Source of the DNA: Planctomycetota bacterium
Lineage (GTDB): Bacteria > Planctomycetota > Planctomycetia > Gemmatales > Gemmataceae
DNA length: 64,000 nucleotides
Direction of reading: 5' to 3'
Assembly (NCBI GenBank): GCA_016873225.1
Contig: VGXS01000018.1
Span: 11,995 to 75,994, forward strand
A model generated the notes under the pieces. That model ran no database searches. It was not told the DNA's origin and was given only the letters and a program-made list of their open reading frames with translations. A program made the translations under genes and the position numbers. This document shows, piece after piece, positions 47,493 through 56,496 of this stretch (its first letter is position 1; each line of letters opens with the position of its first letter).

Positions 47493-47521
47493 GCGGGCGG
47501 GACTTCCAAGGTCCCGCCCGC
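47493..47521. terminator. bidirectional hairpin between convergent genes
   Basis: Perfect 11-bp stem GCGGGCGGGAC / GTCCCGCCCGC with a 7-nt loop. T tracts on both sides are weak. Confidence 0.5.
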
Positions 47522-47586
47522 GCCGTTTCACCTTGTCCGCTTCATGGTGTTTTGCCCGGGGAAAGGCCGTGTGCGGCCTTTCGGAA

Positions 47587-47925
47587 TCACTTGTCGACCG
47601 CCTCCTTCAAAGCGGTGACGCTGATGATCCTTCTCTCGGCGACCTCGACACCCTTGCGGATGTTCAGGGTGCCCGTCACGGTGACATTCTTGCCGTTGAG
47701 CGACTCGGCCTTTTTCCGAAGTTCCTTTTGCTTGCCAAAATCCAGTTCATATGTGCTCTTTTCCGCCCTGAGGATCGTTCCCGTTGTCTCGCCTCCCGCG
47801 GCGAAAATGCCCGTGGCGAGCTTGCCCGTGAACTCCATCTTCCTGGCTTCCTTCGGGTTGTCTTCGGCCCGGCAAAAAACCAGGACCATCGAAAGGCTCA
47901 TGAAGAGCACCAGTGCCGCGCGCAT
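47587..47925 (-). CDS. small secreted hypothetical protein
   Basis: Signal peptide MRAALVLFMSLSMVLVFCRA; Lys/Thr/Gly-rich mature part; no domain recognised. Confidence 0.5.
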   Translation of the reverse strand: MRAALVLFMSLSMVLVFCRAEDNPKEARKMEFTGKLATGIFAAGGETTGTILRAEKSTYELDFGKQKELRKKAESLNGKNVTVTGTLNIRKGVEVAERRIISVTALKEAVDK

Positions 47926-48138
47926 GCCATGACTCCCCCGGGTGTCGCCGGGCAGCAATCCACAGGCATCCCGGCCTTGCGGATTGGATGATATCACCGC
48001 GAAGTCGCGACGGAATCCCGCGATGAGTACTGCTAGAATTGATAATCTTCAGCAATTTACTATCGTTGGATAAGATGAGTTGGCTGGTGAACGCGCCCGC
48101 CGGGCCGGCCAGCGCTAACCGTCCCACAGGAACCTTAA

Positions 48139-48351
48139 ATGAAATTGCTCAGTCTCATTTGCCTTGGTCTTGGTTTTGCCAGTATCGCACTCAGCATTGG
48201 CATTTGGTTTTACATCAAGAAATGGGGACCTATCTTCGAAGAGACAGCCGACCCGGCCCACGCCGAGCGCTTTGGAATTTTTGTGGGGTTATGGGCCCCG
48301 AGTTTCTTCATCCTCAGCGAGCGGGTGCAATCGCTTTTCGTGAAGAAATGA
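48139..48351 (+). CDS. small two-TM membrane protein (70 aa)
   Basis: Two hydrophobic segments (LLSLICLGLGFASIALSIGIWFYI; FGIFVGLWAPSFFIL). Lies in a locally AT-richer pocket. Confidence 0.45.
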   Translation: MKLLSLICLGLGFASIALSIGIWFYIKKWGPIFEETADPAHAERFGIFVGLWAPSFFILSERVQSLFVKK

Positions 48352-48380
48352 TCTCGCCGGCCTCGCTTCGGGCAGGGGCC

Positions 48381-49604
48381 TCAAGCGACCATTGACCTGG
48401 CCAGGGCATGGGCGGCGTCGAGATCGGCCAGTTCCCCATCCATTTGGGCCGCCAGCAGGGAATCCAGCACCTCCTTGATGGCGGGACCCGGTTTCATGCC
48501 CATGGCGATCAGGTCGTTGCCGGTCACCCATGGGGAGGGGCACAGCACTTCCCGAGGCAAGCTCGCCAGGACCTGTGCCGCGTGGGCGACGCCAGCGGCG
48601 CCGGGAACCCGCGCCTTGCCGATGGCGATAAGGTCGGCGGCGCCGGCATGGGCGAGCACCGGATAAAGCCGGCTCGGCCGCATGCCCTCGGAGGCCGACA
48701 GGAAATCCGAATGCCTCAAAAGCCATCTCAGCAGGTCGCGTTCCTGGTTGGAGAACCTCAGGCGCGCCGACATGGGAATGGCCACCGCCTCGTCAACCCC
48801 GTCCAGTAGCACGGCGAGCGCGGCCATGGCCCCGGCCGAAGACTCGAGCCGCCCAAGCGCCCCAAGGGCCTTTTCAAGCTCCTCCGGAACCCGGACGAGG
48901 TGCCCCGCCTCGGGCAGCACCCGGTGCAGCAGGTCCAGTTCGGCCAGCAGCGCGGCGGCGCGGCTTCTCCTGGCTCCCTTGAGCATCTTGCGAAGTTCCT
49001 CGGCCACCCGCTCGGCGCTGACGACCGTGATCGCCGAGGCGTGCCGGGCCACCGCCGCGGCCGTTTGTGGGCAGATCTCCATGCCGAAGCGGGCCGCCAT
49101 GCGCACCGCCCGCAAGAGGCGAAGGCGATCCTCCGAAAACCGCTGGTCGGGATCCCCGATGGCGCGCAGGACTCCGCGCGCCAAGTCTTCGCGGCCGCCG
49201 ACAAAATCCAGCAGCCGTTCAGAAACCGGATCGAGGAACATCCCGTTGATCGTGAAGTCTCGCCTTAGGGCGTCCTCGCGCGCTGATGAGAACACCACTC
49301 CCGAGGGACGGCGGCCATCAAGGTACGGGCCATCGTTGCGGAAGGTGGCGACCTGGACTTTCAGGTACCTTCCGGACACCTTGCGGATGACATCGATCAC
49401 CCCGAAACTGGCGCCCACGGCGAGGCTGCGGGGGAAGAGGGCCTGAACCTGTTCCGGCAAGGCTGAAGTCGCCACATCGTAGTCATCGGGTGCCAGGCCG
49501 AGAAGTTCGTCGCGCACGCACCCGCCCGCGAAAACCGCCTCGTGCCCGGCCGCCTGGAGGCCGCGCACGACATCAAGCGCAAACATTCTCTCGGCCGATT
49601 CCAC
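48381..49604 (-). CDS. cca: CCA-adding tRNA nucleotidyltransferase / poly(A) polymerase family
   Basis: Head-domain motif FAGGCVRDELLG...DYDVAT, followed by RDFTINGM. Confidence 0.85.
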   Translation of the reverse strand: MESAERMFALDVVRGLQAAGHEAVFAGGCVRDELLGLAPDDYDVATSALPEQVQALFPRSLAVGASFGVIDVIRKVSGRYLKVQVATFRNDGPYLDGRRPSGVVFSSAREDALRRDFTINGMFLDPVSERLLDFVGGREDLARGVLRAIGDPDQRFSEDRLRLLRAVRMAARFGMEICPQTAAAVARHASAITVVSAERVAEELRKMLKGARRSRAAALLAELDLLHRVLPEAGHLVRVPEELEKALGALGRLESSAGAMAALAVLLDGVDEAVAIPMSARLRFSNQERDLLRWLLRHSDFLSASEGMRPSRLYPVLAHAGAADLIAIGKARVPGAAGVAHAAQVLASLPREVLCPSPWVTGNDLIAMGMKPGPAIKEVLDSLLAAQMDGELADLDAAHALARSMVA

Positions 49605-49648
49605 GGTTTCCCTCCGGTTCGGCTATCGTAGCAGCAGGAGGTTCCGCG

Positions 49649-50188
49649 ATGCTCCCGATCGTGACACTTGGGCTGGCCTGCGCGGCCCCGCCGGCTTCAG
49701 GCCCGGCCGTGGGTGACAAACCCGCCCCCTACAGCTTCGTGGTCTGCACCGGCGCCCAGCGCGGCAAGCTACACTGCTTCGTCTGCGACGCCGCCGACAA
49801 GCCTTTCGTGGCGTTTTTCGCCCGGGAGCCTTCCCCCGCGCTCGGGACTCTGGCCCGCCGCTGCGAGGACGCGGCCAGGCTGGCCAAGGGCGCCGATGCC
49901 AAGGGCTGGGTCACCTTCCTCAAGCCTGACCAGTTGGCCTTTGACGCCACGGCGCGCCGATTCGCCACAGAGCACAACCTGGCGGCATTTTCCGTCGGCG
50001 TGTTCGAGGATGTGGTCGGCCCGCCCGACTACAAGATCGCCGCGGACGCCGCCATCACCGTGGTGATCGCCAGCGGGGCCAAGGTTCGCTCCACCTTCGC
50101 CTTCACCGACGGTTCGCTGGGAACCATGGAGGCGGACGGGATTCTCAAGGCTTGGAAGGCCACCCTTACCCCGGGGGCGCCGAAATGA
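49649..50188 (+). CDS. thioredoxin-fold-like protein with CxxC (HCFVC), secreted
   Basis: AGGAGG lies 7 nt before ATG 49649. GDKPAPYSFVV...GKLHCFVCDAADKPFVAFF resembles the redoxin/TlpA layout. Function is tentative. Confidence 0.45.
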   Translation: MLPIVTLGLACAAPPASGPAVGDKPAPYSFVVCTGAQRGKLHCFVCDAADKPFVAFFAREPSPALGTLARRCEDAARLAKGADAKGWVTFLKPDQLAFDATARRFATEHNLAAFSVGVFEDVVGPPDYKIAADAAITVVIASGAKVRSTFAFTDGSLGTMEADGILKAWKATLTPGAPK

Positions 50189-50841
50189 GCGGAGATTGGA
50201 AATCAGGCCTCGACCTCATGGCCATGCGCAAGGATTACATCCAGCGCGGCCTCGATGAAACCGAGGCCGGAACCGACCCGTTGGCGCTTTTCGACACCTG
50301 GCTGCGGGCCGCGCTGGAGCAGCAGTTGCCCGAACCCTACGCCTTCACGCTGGCGACCTCCACTCCCGGAGGTTCACCATCGGCGCGCATCGTGCTCTTG
50401 AGGCAGTTCGACTCCGGCGGGCTGGTGTTCTTCACGAATTATGAAAGCCGCAAGGGCAACGAACTCGGGATCAACCCGCGCGCCGCCGCCGTGTTCTTCT
50501 GGCCCGAATTGGAACGCCAGGTGCGGTTCGAGGGCTTCGTCGAGAGGATCAGCGCCTCCGAGTCGGATGCCTACCACCTGCGAAGACCGCCGGATAGCCG
50601 CTATGGTTCGGCGGCATCTCCCCAAAGCCGCGTGATTTCCAGCCGGGAGGAACTGGCGAGCAGGGTGGACCAGTTGAGGCGCGAATATCCCGGGGGGGTG
50701 CCGCGACCGGCGCATTGGGGCGGATACAGGCTCATGCCGGATGCCATCGAGTTTTGGCAGGGGCGGCCATCGAGGCTTCACGACCGCATCAGGTTCAAGG
50801 ATTCGAAAGGCCACTGGATCCGGGAAAGGCTGGCACCCTGA
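50185..50841 (+). CDS. pdxH: pyridoxamine 5'-phosphate oxidase
   Basis: RIVLLRQFD..GLVFFTNYESRKG.EL, ...ERQVRFEG, and C-terminal EFWQGRPSRLHDRIRF. The ATG overlaps the upstream stop (ATGA). Confidence 0.9.
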   Translation: MSGDWKSGLDLMAMRKDYIQRGLDETEAGTDPLALFDTWLRAALEQQLPEPYAFTLATSTPGGSPSARIVLLRQFDSGGLVFFTNYESRKGNELGINPRAAAVFFWPELERQVRFEGFVERISASESDAYHLRRPPDSRYGSAASPQSRVISSREELASRVDQLRREYPGGVPRPAHWGGYRLMPDAIEFWQGRPSRLHDRIRFKDSKGHWIRERLAP

Positions 50842-50904
50842 GGCCAGCCGACATGAGATAAGGCTTCAATTGGGTAAACGGCAAAAAGCGATCATAATGC
50901 ACAC

Positions 50905-51451
50905 AAAAAAGCCCCCAGCGGAAGCGAAGGCGAAGTGAGTGGGGCATATTGAGACTAAAACGCTCAATAATATGCTCCTAACCTCCGTTCGGCGCCCTGT
51001 TTAATATACTTACCTTGTATTTTTTCCGTCTTTATCGATTCGACTCATATTTTTGAAAACGACATTAGGGCGCACTTCAAATAACTGACCTGCTAAAGAC
51101 CCCGGCACCCACCATCATTCTGTTAGCCATTTCATGTCGCTAAAGCGTCGAACGGCGCGAGTGACCTCTGAACTGGCGCCAGATTGTTGAATGTCCGCGA
51201 GGGCCCCTCACTTCGTTCAGGGCTCCTAAGCATTGTCAGCCTTTGTCTGGCCTTTAAATTATGATCCGTTCATCGCTTAGGAGCCCCCAGCGGAGTGAGG
51301 GGCGAGTCGATCAAGGAACAACACCATGAGCCATAGCAAAAACAAAAGAGCCGCCAGTGGAGCCGAAGTAAGTGGAGCGTATTAAAACAGACTCGATTCG
51401 CATTTTTATCGGGATTATCAATCCGACTCATATTTTTGAAAACGATATTAG
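50905..51451. repeat. mosaic palindromic intergenic repeat, copy 2 (intact hairpin plus tandem modules)
   Basis: 27-nt inverted arms at 51205-51231 and 51275-51301 around a 43-nt loop. Exact 22-nt direct repeat CGACTCATATTTTTGAAAACGA at 51041-51062 and 51424-51445. A second direct module pair at 50905-50965 and 51344-51397. Confidence 0.65.
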
Positions 51452-53028
51452 CGGTTTCCGATCCCCTGGGCGAACCGGAAGTCGGCCTGGGCCCGGAAAT
51501 AGTCCTGCTGCGCCCCGATCTCGAGCAGTTCGGCGTCGAATGCCGCCTGCTCCCGCAAGGTCACGCGCAAGATGTCGCTGCGGCCGAGCCTGAGTTGCTC
51601 GCGCTCGGCCTCGGCCACCAGCCTGACAAGCTCGACGCGGTTCCTGGCCTGAATGAAGAACTCATAGGCTCGCTCAAGGGCGGAGAATGTGTCCTGCACC
51701 TCCGCCCGCACGACATCCTCGGCGTTGCGAAGCTGCTGGTCGGCCTGGGCGATGAGGGCCTGCGCCTGAAGCACGCGTCCGCGCGCCTCGCGCTGCTGCA
51801 CCGGGAAGTTGTAAAGGATCGACGCGTTAAGGTTCGAGCGGTCGAGGCCGTTGGGACCCGACAGCGGGCTCTTCGAGAAGCCCAGGTCCTGCGAGCCGCC
51901 GACGAGGGCGTTCACCGACTGCATCATCTGGTTGTTGGCGAGTCGGTAGTCGACCACGGCTTTTTCCCGCTGGAGCCTCAGCCTGAGCGGTTCGGGCCGC
52001 ATCTGCATGGCGCGGTCGATGGCGTCGTCCATCAATGACACGCTGACGGATTGCACCAGTGGAAAAGCGGGAAGCCTGTCGGGGCCTGCCAGGGTGGGGC
52101 TGCCCGAGTTGTCGCGGAGAAACAGCGAAAGGTCGATGGTCGACTGCTGGAACCCGCGCTGGGCCTGCACCAGCAGGCCATTCCTCAGCGCGATGTTCTG
52201 CTGGTTGTCGATCCTCTCGATGTTGGCGACCGGCCCGGCCTCGACGCGGGCTTTTAGCTGCTCGTCGCGGTCCACGGCGAGCTTGAGCAGGTTGCTGGCG
52301 ATCCTGAGCCTCTGGCCCGAGGCGACCCAGTTCCAGTAGACCCTCGTGGCGGCGCGCAGGAAGTCGAGACGCTGCCTCTCGATGGTCGGTTCGGCGATCT
52401 GGACATCGAGCCTGGCCTGCTGGAGACCGGCGCGCGGCCTGTCAATGGCGCGGTCGCGAAGCAGCGGAATCATGATCCCGGCGCGAAGTTCGCCCCCATC
52501 GGCGGTTTTCTGACCAAGGTTGTAAGTCGGGAATTCTCCGTACCCGTTGCGGTAGCCGGCGAAGATTCCCATGCCTCCGTTGGGCAGCGCCTGGTTGAAT
52601 CCCAGACTGCTGCGGATGCTGTCGTAGGTCGCCGGACTCGTGCCATCGGCGGAGGCGTTCAGGTTGAGGTCAAAGGCGCCCATCGCCGTTACGACCTTGC
52701 CCCCCGCCAGCACCCTTTCCTGCTCGATGGCCCTGAGGAGCGGATAGTTCTGTTCAACCGAGTCGAGTACCTCGTCGAGGCCCAGCGGGCCGCCCACGCT
52801 CTTCTCGGCACCCAGGATGGGAGGCAATTCCCTGGGAGGAGGCGGGGGCACTTTTCCGGGTGCCGCGGGGCCGGCCTCTGGCCGAGGGGCGGGCAAGGGC
52901 GGTGGCGTCCCCTGCCTGGCGACCGCAGGAAAGGGGGCGGGAGCCAGTTCTGGATCCTGGGCCAAGACCGCGGATGAGACCAGGAACAAGGCGGCGAGAC
53001 AGCCTTTGGATAACCTTGCCCAAGTCAC
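51448..53028 (-). CDS. TolC-family outer membrane efflux protein
   Basis: Signal peptide, a Pro-rich linker, then two OEP repeats (coiled-coil Q/L/R-rich with the L..A..N.P.L pattern). Last gene of the ABC-HlyD-TolC operon. Confidence 0.85.
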   Translation of the reverse strand: MTWARLSKGCLAALFLVSSAVLAQDPELAPAPFPAVARQGTPPPLPAPRPEAGPAAPGKVPPPPPRELPPILGAEKSVGGPLGLDEVLDSVEQNYPLLRAIEQERVLAGGKVVTAMGAFDLNLNASADGTSPATYDSIRSSLGFNQALPNGGMGIFAGYRNGYGEFPTYNLGQKTADGGELRAGIMIPLLRDRAIDRPRAGLQQARLDVQIAEPTIERQRLDFLRAATRVYWNWVASGQRLRIASNLLKLAVDRDEQLKARVEAGPVANIERIDNQQNIALRNGLLVQAQRGFQQSTIDLSLFLRDNSGSPTLAGPDRLPAFPLVQSVSVSLMDDAIDRAMQMRPEPLRLRLQREKAVVDYRLANNQMMQSVNALVGGSQDLGFSKSPLSGPNGLDRSNLNASILYNFPVQQREARGRVLQAQALIAQADQQLRNAEDVVRAEVQDTFSALERAYEFFIQARNRVELVRLVAEAEREQLRLGRSDILRVTLREQAAFDAELLEIGAQQDYFRAQADFRFAQGIGNR

Positions 53029-54413
53029 GATTTCACCTTGGGAGGCTTGCCGCTATCCTTCGCCTTGTCCTGCGGCGCCGCCACGGGTGGGAATCCGTTG
53101 AGGTTACGCCACAACTCGTAGCCCAGCGAGACGCGGTTGAGGAATATGTAGCCGACGGCCTGGTTGCCTTGGCGCAACTGGGAGTCCTCCGGCCAACTGT
53201 CGGCGGGCTCGAGGGCGTCTTCCTCGATCAACACCCGGAACCTTCCGTTGCCGTCATCCGTGGGGTCGACCTGCCTCACCCTTCCGCCGAAGGTTCCGGT
53301 GGCGACAGAGGGCCAGCCCGCCACCTGGATGGCCGGCCATCCCTCGAACATGAGGCGGACATGGGGAAAGGCGCCCGATTGTTCCCTGAAGGCGGTCAGC
53401 AATGGGGAGTCGACCCCGTCGACCATCAGTTCCACGACCCTTTCCGCGGTGTCGGGCACGATCACGGCAAGGGGTTCGTCCTCCTTGACATACTGGCCTC
53501 CCTGGGCCACATTCGCCGAGATCCGGAAGATGGTCCCGTCACACGGGGCCGTGATGATGCGCGCCTTGAACCGTTCGATTCGATTCTCAATATCCTGAAT
53601 GTCGCGGTCATAGCCGTAGAGGTTCTGCTCGGCCTTGCGAAGGTCGCGTCGCGCCGTGGCGATATTGGTGATTCCGGAGGCCTCCGCCTGAAGCACGAGT
53701 GAATCGCTCGAGGCCAGCATCGATTCGGAGCGCTTGATCTCGGCCTCGGCACGCTTCACCTCGGTGGCGGCGCGGTCGTGGCGCATCTTGGCCTCGTCCC
53801 GGCTCAGGGCCGATTCAAGCCCTCCGAAGCGCTTGTCGTTGTACAGCTTGTCGTACATCTGGAAGCGCTGCCCCTCGAAGTCGGAGGCGAAGCTCATGTT
53901 CGCGCGGGATTGTTTTGCCACATCCACGAGCATGGCAGACGCCTCCCTGCCTGCCTTTGCCGCCTTGACCGCGGCATCGAGCGCCCTTGTCTGGGCCTCG
54001 ACGGCCTTGGCTTGCTCGGCGACTTCGTCAACCGCGGCTTTTCGGCGGTTGAGCAGAAATTGCTTCTGGACCTCAAGCCGGTTGGCCATGTCGGGATCAT
54101 TATCATTAATATCGACAAGAACCTCACCGGCCTTAACCTTGGATCCTTCAACAACGCGCCACCGGCCGATCTGTCCGCTCACCCGCGCCGTGATTGTTTG
54201 TTTTCTTTCAGTGGGCGCGTAAGCGGTCACCTGCCCGCGGGCCCTGACCGTCTGCTGCCAGGGCACGAATGCCAGTGCGGCGGGAAGCAGAAGGAACATC
54301 ACCAGGAGCAAGCGCCCCACATGGCGGGCGATGGATGGTGTGGCGGCGCGCTCCACCGAGGTGGGCGTGCCAATGGCATTGAACGCGGGCAATTCCCCGA
54401 CCTTGACGATCAT
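53025..54413 (-). CDS. HlyD-family membrane fusion protein
   Basis: N-terminal TM segment, lipoyl-like hairpin halves (ARVSGQIGRWRVVEGSKVKAGEVLVDI ... ITAPCDGTIFRI), and a long coiled coil. Confidence 0.85.
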   Translation of the reverse strand: MIVKVGELPAFNAIGTPTSVERAATPSIARHVGRLLLVMFLLLPAALAFVPWQQTVRARGQVTAYAPTERKQTITARVSGQIGRWRVVEGSKVKAGEVLVDINDNDPDMANRLEVQKQFLLNRRKAAVDEVAEQAKAVEAQTRALDAAVKAAKAGREASAMLVDVAKQSRANMSFASDFEGQRFQMYDKLYNDKRFGGLESALSRDEAKMRHDRAATEVKRAEAEIKRSESMLASSDSLVLQAEASGITNIATARRDLRKAEQNLYGYDRDIQDIENRIERFKARIITAPCDGTIFRISANVAQGGQYVKEDEPLAVIVPDTAERVVELMVDGVDSPLLTAFREQSGAFPHVRLMFEGWPAIQVAGWPSVATGTFGGRVRQVDPTDDGNGRFRVLIEEDALEPADSWPEDSQLRQGNQAVGYIFLNRVSLGYELWRNLNGFPPVAAPQDKAKDSGKPPKVKS

Positions 54414-56119
54414 GGCGCCAAACCTCCCGCCAACGATTCATTACCATGGGAATGAGATTGGCCCATATCTTCAATTCCACCCCGCAGGGTCATGATTTGG
54501 TCGCAACGAACCATCACCTCGTCACGATTCGTTCCCAATATCAAGGTCCATGGAACGCCCGGCGCGGCGACGGCCCGCAACACGGTCTGCAAGGAAGAGG
54601 AATCCAACCCGTCAAGGACACGGTCGATGGCCAGCAGTCGGGGCTTTCCAGCAATCGCCCGCGCGATCGTCAGCAGGGTTTCCTGGATGTTCGAAAACGG
54701 GGATCCGCCTGGAACGACCTGAGTGTCGAGTCCATGGGGAAGTCGCTGCACGGCGTCCCTGAGCCCGACCATCTCCAACGCGGTGACAACGGCCGGAAGT
54801 GGCACATGGGTCCTGCCCATGCGCAGGTTCTCAAGAACCGTGCCTTGCACGAGGCCCGTGCCCTCGCCAACCAGAGCCGTGTTTTCCCTCATGCTTTCCA
54901 GTGACAGGTTCCTGATGTCGATCCCGTCCGCCTCGACCACGAAACCATCTGGCTCGCGCATGCCGCAGAAGACCTCCATCAGGCGTGTCTTGCCCGAGCG
55001 CGCGGGCCCTGTCAGGGCGATTTTCTCGCCGGGGGCAACGGACCACGGCTGCGAATCCGGTCGGATGACTCGCAGGGAAAGACCCGATTCGCAGTCAGGC
55101 AGCGGTTCGCCTCCGGAACGATCAAGCGGCAGGTCGGTAATCAGGCCTATCTTTTCGGTGCTAGAAAGCAGGTCGTACCAAGTCTCGGCATACTTGCCCA
55201 TTTTGCTCACAGAGGATGCGACAAGTGAGACGATCATTTCGGCGGCAACGAGCTGGCCAAGCGTCAACTGGCGGGTGATGACAAGCCAGCCACCGAGTCC
55301 GAGGAGCGCCGAACTCGCCACAACCTGGGTCGACATTCCGAAAACCGTTTGGCGCCAGATCACGGAAAAATGTTGTTTTCTCGAGTCAAGGTAATGAGAC
55401 GCCAAAGCGTCAGCCCTGTCGAGGGACCATTGTTTCCCTCCGGAGGATTTGAAAAGTCGATGGCAGCGCAAAACCTCCTCCAGCCAGCCGGCGACATCGT
55501 ACTTGGCATGCGATTCGTCGAGGCTCGTGCGGACGCCCCCCCAACCGAGCACCAGCACGAGAAACGAAACGAGCAGGACCAGCACGATGTCAAAACCCAG
55601 CAGGAACGGGTGGTAGGAGGCCAGCACCAGCAGACCGACAAAGGTCGTGATGACCATGGCCAGCCCGTCAAGGAGCAGCGTGGAGATGGATTTTTGCAGC
55701 GTGAGGACATCAAAGAATCGGTTGGCAAGTTCCGGCCCGCTGCGATGGTCGAAGTTGTCGAGCCTGAGCGCGGGAAACCGGTTGGCATAGTCCGCCACGA
55801 CGCGGGTGAACAAACGGCGCTGAAGGCATTCAACCACGAACACCTGCATCGCGCGGATGGCCGCGGCCAGTCCGAGGCAACTCATGAGGATCAGGGAGAT
55901 CGCGATCACGGGCCATAGGAGCACGCCAAAGGCCACCGTGTTCACCAAGGCCTCGACGGCGATGGGCGTCGCCAGCGAAAGAAAGGCAACGGCAACACAG
56001 TAAATAATGAGTGCTGAAATGTCACTCCATTCCAGCGCCAGCAAATTCAACAACCTGGAAAACGGCTTGGGTTTGGGATCCAGATGCCCATGCCCGCCCT
56101 GTGAGGAATGACCAGACAT
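54410..56119 (-). CDS. ABC exporter half-transporter (TMD-NBD, T1SS/HlyB-like without C39 domain) with non-canonical ATPase motifs
   Basis: Six predicted TM helices, then an NBD with Walker A GPARSGKT. The signature reads FSNIQ, Walker B reads LLAIDR, and the H-loop position reads N. See findings. Confidence 0.85.
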   Translation of the reverse strand: MSGHSSQGGHGHLDPKPKPFSRLLNLLALEWSDISALIIYCVAVAFLSLATPIAVEALVNTVAFGVLLWPVIAISLILMSCLGLAAAIRAMQVFVVECLQRRLFTRVVADYANRFPALRLDNFDHRSGPELANRFFDVLTLQKSISTLLLDGLAMVITTFVGLLVLASYHPFLLGFDIVLVLLVSFLVLVLGWGGVRTSLDESHAKYDVAGWLEEVLRCHRLFKSSGGKQWSLDRADALASHYLDSRKQHFSVIWRQTVFGMSTQVVASSALLGLGGWLVITRQLTLGQLVAAEMIVSLVASSVSKMGKYAETWYDLLSSTEKIGLITDLPLDRSGGEPLPDCESGLSLRVIRPDSQPWSVAPGEKIALTGPARSGKTRLMEVFCGMREPDGFVVEADGIDIRNLSLESMRENTALVGEGTGLVQGTVLENLRMGRTHVPLPAVVTALEMVGLRDAVQRLPHGLDTQVVPGGSPFSNIQETLLTIARAIAGKPRLLAIDRVLDGLDSSSLQTVLRAVAAPGVPWTLILGTNRDEVMVRCDQIMTLRGGIEDMGQSHSHGNESLAGGLAP

Positions 56120-56496
56120 GAGAACGATCCCCCCAATCTCATTCCTTAATTATCAGTAAGGATCGGACGAGGTCAACCAAACCTTGATTTTTCGTAAGAA
56201 TACGATCCGTGAACCTTCATGATACATTCATTATATATGATTAGTTGCTGATCAAACACTTGCGCTCAAAGCATATCACTTTATTTGTATGCTGTTTTCA
56301 TTTTATTGTTTTTTGTTCCATCTCAGTTTCACAAGGAGATTTGCGGGAAAAAGAAGATGGGGAACAAGGAACGGTTCGTCCAGCCATGGGCCATTTCTTC
56401 GGGACTTGCGGCATCGGCTTTGAATTGACCGCCCATGATTCTCCTGTGAGACTGGGCCTCCGAAGGACAAGGATAGTCCCCAAGGGGGTCAGGTGC

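Noticed and set aside
51205-51301. Possibility that the long imperfect palindrome is an integron attC site
   Set aside because: The CTAAGC/GCTTAG elements sit at the loop-proximal end of the stem, not at the outer R''/R' positions. No RYYYAAC/GTTRRRY cores, no intI and no cassette array are present.
51326-51385. Mini-ORF MSHSKNKRAASGAEVSGAY inside repeat copy 2, with a counterpart MSHNRNERAPNAGA in copy 1 (reverse strand, start 16739) and a conserved AAGGAAC upstream
   Set aside because: The few nucleotide differences between the two copies in the shared 27 nt are all non-synonymous (S/N, K/R, K/E), and the ORFs diverge in length afterwards. Conservation is at the DNA level, not the protein level.
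50905-51451. Possibility of a small CRISPR array
   Set aside because: The repeats are of different kinds, irregularly spaced, in mixed orientation and imperfect. No cas genes are present in the window.
56245-56496. N-terminal 84-aa extension of the oxidoreductase ORF (TTG 56245) and a 23-aa ORF at 56357
   Set aside because: The extension is encoded by AT-rich DNA, is rich in Phe, Cys and Ile, and precedes a typical Tat signal that should be N-terminal. The AAGGAG at 56333 is badly spaced for both TTG 56341 and ATG 56357.
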